This document shows positions 52,951 to 64,000 of a DNA stretch of 64,000 nucleotides, one piece after another (within the stretch, counting starts at the first letter, position 1; every line of letters begins with the position of its first letter). The stretch is from Eledone cirrhosa (Eukaryota), in contig OZ024742.1 in NCBI GenBank assembly GCA_964016885.1, positions 93,682,001-93,746,000 on the forward strand, given 5' to 3'. The position numbers and the translations under genes were made by a program. Below the pieces are notes generated by a model that searched no databases, had not been told where the DNA came from, and was given only the letters and a program-made list of their open reading frames with translations.

Positions 52951-55900
52951 GTCTACTGCAACTGGCAACAGAACGGGAGAATTCCCAGCTCTGTGAACCG
53001 AGGAGCGGTGGCGCTGCTGAGAAAGGATCCGAACAAGTGGGATAACATAGACAATTTCAGGCCCATAACTCTGCTAAACACAGACTACAAGATTTTGGCT
53101 AAGGTGCTAGCAAAGAGGTTGGCGCTTATCGTTCGTGGACTGGTGGGAGAGGCACAAACATGTGCCATTCCAGACAGATCCATCCACGACAACCTCCACC
53201 TAATGCAATACATCTGGAGATACGAGCCGTCTTCCTGGACCCAGAAGGTAAGTTGGTGGTACTGGACGTGACCAGCGGATGACAAGCCTTTAGGCTAGTG
53301 GCCGCCTATGTCCCAGCAGGAGCAGGACGGCCTGAATTCTTCCGGCGTCTGGAGACCTTTCTTGGAACGTCTCGCTCTCTAGTGTTAGTGGGCGACTGGA
53401 ACGGGATCTTAGATGCACGCTGGGATTGTGTGGGATTAGCGGATAGGGGAGGAGTGTGTAAAAGCCTTACAAACCTATTCAGGCGTTTTCAACTGTCGGA
53501 CAGTTACCGATTGGATTTCCCGAATGTGCCAATGTGGACTTGGACAAACCGTATCGAGTCATCCAGATTATATCTAGATAGAGTATTTTGTAGGGAAATA
53601 GATAGGTCTAGCAGAGGGTGTCAACAATTCAAGATAGTCCGCTACACAGACCCGGCTACTGGAAACTAAACGCGTCGTTAATAGCGCGCACAGCTTACAG
53701 TGACCAGATTAGCAAATTAGTTAAGCGGGCATTGACAGGGGCCATCGTCAACAACAAATGGTGGTTTGCCCTGAAAAGAGCGATTAGAATAGGATCCATT
53801 AGGTTTAGAAAAAATAGAGCAGAAGGAAATCTAGTTAAGAAATTAGACGAGGCGCTTAGTAAAGGCATCGCGACCGACGTGCTTGCGGCGAAATTGGCTC
53901 TCGACCAATTTTTCAACGCTAAGCAGGAACGCTGCGTTGTCAGAGCTAGGGTGCGTGCTCTCAGACACGAGGGGACAAAAGCCGTTCAATGGGCTCGGGT
54001 GGCGGAGGCACGTCGTGGCAACAAAGCCACGATCCGGTCTTTGGCGAACCACGACGGGCACATGATATTCGATCCCGGGCAGATGTGTGCGGCTTTTCAG
54101 CAGCGCTTTGCTCAACTATTCGGGGGAAATGGCGAGCCGCATCGCGGAATGGACTTCATTGCCTACCCCGACGGACTGCCGCGGCTCTCGGCCACTGAGG
54201 CGAAGTGTTGCGAAAGGCCGATAACAGCTGCTGAATGAAATACGGGAGGCAATGACTAGCTGCACAATGGGTAAATCGACTGGTTTGGATGGTCTGCCCT
54301 ACGAATTTGACATACATATGCCAGACTTGTTCGAAGACCTCTTGGCAGACGTCTACTTCAACTGGCAGTAGAACGGGAGAATTCCCAGCTCTGTGAACCG
54401 AGGAGCGGTAGCGCAGCTGAGAAAGGATCCGAACAAGGGGGATAACATAGAAAATTTCAGGCCCATAACTCTGCTAAACACAGAGTTCAATATATTGGCT
54501 AAGGTGCTAGCAAAGAGGTTGGCGCTTGTCGTTGGTGGACTGGTGGGAGAGGCGCAAACATGTGCCATTGCAGACAGATCCATCCACGATAACCTCCATC
54601 TCATGCGATACATCGTAGAGAGGATAGCTAGGGAACCTGGCATGGGTGTGTCTTGGATCAATTGAGATCAGTCAAAAGATTTCGATAGGGTCGACCATCG
54701 TTATCTGGAAGCAGTCCTAAGAGCAGCTGGCTTTGGGCCTATCTTCAGAGGCTGGATTGCTGCCATGCAAAGCGATATCTGCTCTATGGTGGGAGTGAAT
54801 GATCACCATTCGGAACAGTTCAACATCATACGCTCGATCCGACAGGGATGTCCTCTCTCGTCCTTGTTGTACGTATTGACTCTCGAGCCATTACTGCACA
54901 AGCTGGAGACGTTGAGGGGATCCCACGAGAACTAGGATGCGGAAGAACAGTGTCAGCTTATGCAGACGACATCACCGTAGTGGTGTCGAACACCAAACAC
55001 ATCGAGGCAATCGGCACCACACTAAGAGAATACGAGGTAGTGACAGGAGCAATGATCAACCAGGAAAAATCAGTAGGCCTGCAACTCGGCACCTGGAGAA
55101 GCAGATCCATGCCGCCCAACAGCGTCGTCGGGCGCTGGACAGACGGACTGGTTAAATTGCTAGGGGTCTGGTTCGGTCCAGACCTCCAGACGGACAAAAA
55201 CTGGGAGCGGTTGCTCTTTCGTTTTTTGTCGAAGGGACGTGATCCGAAGGTCTGCTGGTCCATCTGCTGTCAACACCCGCTACACGGAGGGCTGGGCAAG
55301 TTGTGGCTGATGATACGCCGACATGCGCTGAGGCTACGGCATCTCCACCTATTCCTCGACGGTGATCAGGTGTAGTCGCCCTTTGCTAGACACATGTTAC
55401 CCCAGCTTGTCTCCTTGGCGGAGCTGCAGTCCTGGGTCAAGCGAAGACCGAGAGGAAGCGCTTGGAGACTAGAATGTCTTCAAGCGCTTACAGCCCTCGA
55501 CCAGTCGAGCAATACAATCGTTGGTAACTCCACCTTGGCTCTCTATAGAGGATTAGTGGAAGGAAAGATAAACGACGTCCTTGGCGAGACTCTAGGCGTC
55601 GACGAAAACCAACTAGCCAATCTCTTCGGGAGAACTTTCGGGCCGGGGCCCATGGATAACTTCCAGAAATCCCTGCCCTGGCAGTGCTACCCAGGAGCCT
55701 TGCTAGTTCAGGATAGACTCTACAGGCATGGAAGTGCACGCACTCGTCCACTGTCCGAGCATTGCTGATTTGTGGGTTTTTGCCGAACGCCTGCTGTCAT
55801 GTGTAGAACGGATCCGGCTATCAGCTGAGTCCATCGTGAAGATTGTCCTGCCGCCTCCCTTTAGTTTAGAAGGGCAGGCAGTTTTTATCTGCCTGGTGGC

Positions 55901-56361
55901 CATGGTAAAAGAGATTGTATGGTGGACACATCTGAAAGGGTTGAGGACCGATACTTTCCACTTCGGTGACGCCTTCATTAACTTTTTCAGGTTTCACCTG
56001 AAAAGGAAAGTCAGGCTGGAGAGGGAAGTGCTGAACTCCAGCCAGTTTGTTGAAAGGTGGGTGAGAGAGGCAAGAATGGCCCGTGTGAATGGGTCTACCC
56101 TGAGCGTGTGCCAGTAGCATTGTAGGAGGAAAACTGGAAGAGGGCATTTGCCCTAGCGGTCAGAGTAACCGTGGCTTTTCTTGTGGGCTTTCTCCACGAG
56201 CAACCCTCGGAGGTCTCCCTCCCTATTGGGAATTTTCCATTGTTCCCTTTTGTCACACTCTGTTTTTGTTTTTTTTTTAGACACAGAAATGCCCATTTGT
56301 ATTGTCCTGTGTTGTCCTTAATGTTATACTTTGTGTCAACCCTTGTGGTTAATAAAGAAAG
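52951..56361 (+). mobile_element. Tx1/L1-clade LINE ORF2 remnant (APE endonuclease + RT)
   Basis: LVGDWN, TWTN, YLDR, YWKLN, GLDGLPYEF, NFRPITLLN, RQGCPLS, YADD; 3' end cccttgtggttaataaagaaa; many stops and frameshifts. Confidence 0.9.
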
Positions 56362-56372
56362 CATTATTATTA

Positions 56373-56556
56373 TGGTGAATTGGCAGTATCAGTAGAGGGT
56401 CGGACGCCATGCTTTGACGCATAGAGTTACGGCCCTTGCTATTCTGAGTTCAAATCCCACCAAGGTTAACTTTGCCTTTCATCCTTACAGGGTCGATAAA
56501 ATAAAGTACCAGTAATGCACTGGGTAATTGCTGGCCTTGTGCCAAAAGTAGAAACA
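56373..56556 (+). mobile_element. tRNA-derived SINE (family A) with (TTA)n tail
   Basis: Full head/core/tail. Confidence 0.9.
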
Positions 56557-56579
56557 ATTATTATTATTATTATTATTGT

Positions 56580-58310
56580 TTTTATTTTCTTTCATTATTG
56601 TTTCTGAGATATATGCCGAGTGTCTTCCTGACACCTAGGGCAAATAAATTCACAGTATGCATTAGTAAGCCAGTTAATACAGCACATTGATTATAATTTT
56701 AAAAAAACAGTATACATATATACACATGTGCATATGCATATGTATATACAAGGAGGGATATCAATCTTACAGAGATAGTGCTCTTCTCAATACGTGTGCA
56801 GTACCAGTCAAAACAATTTTTTGCATGTCGTGCAGAGAGGGTAAACCAGGAATCATTCGCAAATATTGTTCTCTTCCTTTTTTTATCATTCCCAGTCCTC
56901 CCACAATCACTGGTATTGTAACGGCCTTGAGGTGCCACATTTTCTCAATTTCAATAAGCAGATCTTTATATTTTCGTAGCTTGTCAAATTCTTTTGCTGC
57001 AATATTATGATCACATGGGATGCTCATATCTATCAATAAACATACCTTCTTATGTTGATCTTTTACAATGATGTCAGGTATATTTGCTTTTATGGTTCTG
57101 TCAATATGTACAGGAATGTCCCAGAGAATTGTTACTTTTTCTCCTTCAGTTACAGCCTCAGGGTGATGATTGTACCACTTGTCTTCAGCTTTGATTCGTA
57201 ATGCCAACATATTGCCCAGTGTAGATATTGGCCAAGTCTGTCATGTCTATATTTGTATTCTACTGGTGTTAAAACTTTACATCCAGAGACTAAGTGATCC
57301 ACTGTTTCAACCTCAGCATTGCAGAATCGGCACTTTAGGTTTATTCCGTTTCTCATCACATTGGCCTGGTAATTACGAGTCAATAAGCTTTGGTCTTGGG
57401 CAGCTAATATGAAGCCTTCACTCTTCGCATTTAGCTCTGAACTACATAGCCGCTGATGGGTGTACTTTTGGTCAACATCAGCCTGTTTGCTACGGGCCAC
57501 ATATTTGCCATGCAGAGGTTTCTGCTCGCAATTTGATGCTAATTGTCCTTGCCCTTTTGCTTTTGCCAGTGATTTTATGTGCCTAGCAGCATCAGTTACA
57601 ACAGTTTCTTTAGTCTCTCCAGCTTGAGTATCAAGCAGGAGATCAGTAGCATATTTTTTGCTCTCCTTCAAGATAGAATGAAGCTTCTTACTTCTCTCAT
57701 GCTTTTCAACATGTTTCAGCATACAGTTGTTAGTTGTTTCAAGGTATTTGGCCAGTTCAATGATGGTGGTCTTGTAAGCAAGTTCAAATTGTATCAGGCC
57801 ACGGCCTCCTTGAGTTCTAGGAAAGTAAAGACGATCCACATCTGCTTTTGGGTGGTGCATTCTATTACAGGTCAGTAGCTTACGGGCTTTGGTGTCGATT
57901 CTTTTGATTTCACTCATATTCCAGTTCAACACACCGAAGCTATAAGTGACAACTGGGACTGCGAAGGAATTTATGGCTAGCGCCTTGTTACGAGCGTTTA
58001 GTTCTGATCTTAGAACTGCACGTACTCTCCTGTAACATTCTTTCCTTATCTTCTCTTTCATACTTGCATGCTGTATGCCAGAGCCGCCCTTATTAATCCC
58101 TAAGTATTTATAGGTTTGTTCTTGCTCAAGTTCCTTTATGATTGTTTCAGCATCCAATTCAACTGAGTCTGAATTGACTAGCTTCCCCTTCTTGAAAGTG
58201 GCTTTTGCACACTTGTCAAGTCCAAACTCCATCCTGATGTCATCGCTAAACCTTTTTACTGTCCGCAAAAGGCCTTCCAGTTCTTCATTATCTTTGCAAT
58301 ATAGCTTCAT
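56580..58310 (-). mobile_element. R4/Dong-clade LINE, 5'-truncated (RT C-terminus, CCHC knuckle, RLE)
   Basis: MEFGLDKCAK, YKYLGI, LHGKY, AAQDQ, CRFC-x7-H-x4-C, RHD, PDI, IDMSIP, KY, PVIVG; one frameshift; (TTA)n at both ends. Confidence 0.9.
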
Positions 58311-58379
58311 TATTATTATTATTATTATTATTCATTTAGACACGTAGTTTAGATGGAAAATGTGCCAGAGTATTTAGTT

Positions 58380-59850
58380 ATCCGTCAAGTCATAACAAGA
58401 ACCTCAGGCAGATAATATTTTCCTTAAAATGTGAGCGGTGCCTAGCAAGGCTAATTTTTGTATGACACAAATATTGCTTTGTATTGTCAACTGCTTTAAG
58501 AAGTCTTGGAGTTTCAATAAGATTGACCCTAATGCTCCAATCACAACTGGTATCACTTTCACATTATCCTCTCCCATTCAAAACAGACTTGCCATCTTCA
58601 CTTTCATTTTGATGTATCTCTCGTGATGTTTTCAACTTCTTTACTTGCAATATTCCTGCTATTTGGTATGGCTACATCTATGATCTGATAGTATTAGTCT
58701 CTGTTGTTCAATATGATAATGTCCAATTCTCAATGCTCAATTACTCTAGATGTCTGAAAATCATAATCCCAGAATATCATTGCTTTCTCATCCTCCTGTA
58801 TCAATTTACAAGGCACATGCTCATACCAATTCTCTATTAGTTCACATTGGTATTTACTACAAAACAGCCACTGAATGTACAAAGAGACTTCATCATGGCA
58901 GCACTTGTATTATTTTTACACAAGGCTCTCACATCCACTTACCAAGTAAGTTAAATTATACACATTCTTTTCACAGAGTCTGCCTTTCTGGGTGTCAGAT
59001 GTTTTGTAAATGTCATACTTCACTAAATTAGTAGAAAGAACTTGGTCCTATGCGACAATTATAAGGCTTTCAGTGGTACACTTCAAATCACTTTGCTTAA
59101 ATCATGCATGTCTATGATGTTGTTTTATCCTTGATATCCTGTGTATTTCTTTTAAACTGTCCCTGCATTCTTATTTCTAGAAGATCTTCTTTTCTCATCT
59201 CTTAAAGTCTTCCTTACCAGCCATTTCACCTGTATTTATATTCATATCCTCTGCTATATATTGCAACAACTCTTCGTTACTGTTTATCAAATATTCTGCA
59301 AGCATTCTTCTTTCACTCATTATACAATAATCCACACTGATGAGAGCTCACCACCATTGTTTCTCTTCATGTACAATCTCTTTATATTTGCTTCAGGGGT
59401 GCAAAGCTCCATACAAGGTTGTTAACTCTCTTGTCTTTCTATCCAACTTAGATATTTCTTTTTCAGTCCACTTGAGAATGGACACACTATATCTAACCAC
59501 AGCACTGCCCAAATATTCATTGTTGTGACTAGATTTCTTACATTCAAGTTGTATTTTTAAATAATTTTTACTCTTTTTAAAAATGTATCCAACCTTTTCT
59601 TTCTCTATTAGTTCACATTGGTATTTACTACAAAACAGCCACTGAATGTACAAAGAGATTTCATCATTGCAGCACTTGTATTATTTTTACACAAGGATCT
59701 CACATCCACTTACCAAGTAAGTTAAATTATACACATTCTTTTCACAGAGTCTGCATTTCTGGGTGTCAGATGTATTGTAAATGTCATACTTCATTAAATT
59801 GGTAGAAAGAACTTGGTCCTATGCTACAATTATAAGGCTTTCAGTGGTAC
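58380..59850 (-). mobile_element. Older, decayed R4/Dong-like LINE with an internal duplication
   Basis: PVVIGALG, IDVAIP, ALHP, RYS..IL.WT..EI..LDRKTR remnants; 58832-59080 repeated at 59603-59851. Confidence 0.75.
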
Positions 59851-59932
59851 AAAAATGTCATCCTGTTCTAAAATCCCCATTATTATCATTATCATTATTA
59901 TTAATATTATTATTGTTATTGTTATTATTATC

Positions 59933-60148
59933 AGGGCGGTGGAATGGCAGTATCGGTAAAGAGCTGGACGCCATACTTTGCAGCATAGATTTACGGTCCT
60001 TTATGGTCTGAGTTCAAATCCCGCCGAAGTTAACTTTGCCTTTCATCCTTACGGGTTCGATAAAATAAAGCACCAGTAACGTACTAGGGTCGATTTAATC
60101 GACTTTCCATTCCCCAAAAATTGCTGGCCTTGTGCATATATAAGAAAC
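59933..60148 (+). mobile_element. tRNA-derived SINE (family A, long form)
   Basis: Full head/core/tail between (TTA)n tracts. Confidence 0.9.
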
Positions 60149-60833
60149 TATTATTATCATTATTATTATTAATATATATGTATAGTTGTGTATATGTATA
60201 TATTATACATATTCCCATATTATGCGTTATCTATCTTCAAAATATAGCTCAGGTTTCTTGTGTCCAACATAAATTATCTCCCTCCATTTTCTTTTAAATT
60301 GTCATTGCATATTATTTTTCTCAATTTCACTTCTTTATTTACTTCCTTATGCTTTCATCTTTATTTCATTATATCTTATATTATTTTACCTTCTTAAATG
60401 CACCTGAAATGCATTAGATTTTAACATTGGCATCCAGTGGAATTTTAACCATAACTGCTACATTAAATCTTCATGATGGCATAAGCAGAAAGACTGAGTC
60501 ATTTCAAAAATTGATTCATTTTTTGTATGCATGTTTTATGTTTTGTTGAGTAGATAATTGTGTGCATGTTTGTTTGTGTTGTGTATGTGTATTGGTGTGT
60601 GGATAAGTGTGTGAGAGGAGATGTGTGTGAGTGGAGATGTGTGTGAGTGGAGATGTGTGTGCATGAATGTAATAATGAGATAGAGAGAGGAAGAGAGGGA
60701 GGATGAGAGAAGGAAAATATGCGTCTTTGAGTGATCTTGCATGTGTCTGTCTCTCTGCTTGTGTGAGGCATTTTAATAAATTGGAAAAGAATATATATGT
60801 GTAAGAATGTAAGTATGTGTGTATGTATATATG

Positions 60834-60947
<114 letters not shown>

Positions 60948-60980
60948 CATATATATATATGTATGTATATGTATATATAT

Positions 60981-61386
60981 GTGGCTGGCAACTCGTTTTC
61001 GAGTACGGCCACTACTTTATATCCATGTAGGAGAACCCCTACCGATGCGCTGAACGAGTGTGACATTTTAGTCCACCCAGCGACTTGAAAATTCTGGTAC
61101 AAACACTACACTTGCGACAATTATTGACACATAGTGCTGGGCCCATGGTACCATGTGACGACAAGTGCAGAGAGATCTCCAGATATAAAGCAATGCCTGT
61201 GCCGTGAAGCTTTTATAGTGAGCAAAGGCACTGCAAAAAGCCAGTCCCACTCGCTTAACCAAGTTGGTATTTACCAAAAAGAAGAACAAGTCAACATCAT
61301 TGGATACCATCTGGGTTGCAGGTGTTATATCGGAGTTTTCCTTCTCCTAGAATTCTGCCTTGACAAAGGCTAAGGGGTCATCTCTC
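60981..61386 (-). mobile_element. Bipartite RTE-derived short element
   Basis: rc of 42800-43204; (TA)n flanks. Confidence 0.8.
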
Positions 61387-61420
61387 TACATATATATATA
61401 TACATACTTACATATATACA

Positions 61421-64000
<2,580 letters not shown>

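Overview
AT-rich, repeat-saturated eukaryotic (animal) DNA. The SINE/LINE repertoire suggests a cephalopod (octopus-like) genome, but this is inference from recall. No confidently identifiable host protein-coding gene was found, and most short ORFs in the track are microsatellite artefacts. The window contains one intact tRNA-Arg(TCT) gene and an intact Penelope-like retroelement (PLE, Naiad-type, RT + C-terminal GIY-YIG) with tandem and inverted pseudo-LTRs, plus several decayed PLEs. Also present: an internally deleted Helitron, a mariner, MITEs, a hAT fragment, CRE, Tx1/L1, R4/Dong and RTE LINE fragments, many tRNA-derived SINEs and a bipartite RTE-derived short element. The most striking unannotated signal is about 20 hand-folded type I hammerhead ribozyme motifs from about 13 unrelated sequence families. 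Nineteen lie between 27.9 and 49.6 kb, mostly in short, often fold-back cassettes inserted in (TA)n tracts. Most depart from the canonical core in recurring ways (non-Watson-Crick 10.1-11.1 pair, U3-A8 swap, C/A at position 4). All structures were derived by eye and are untested.
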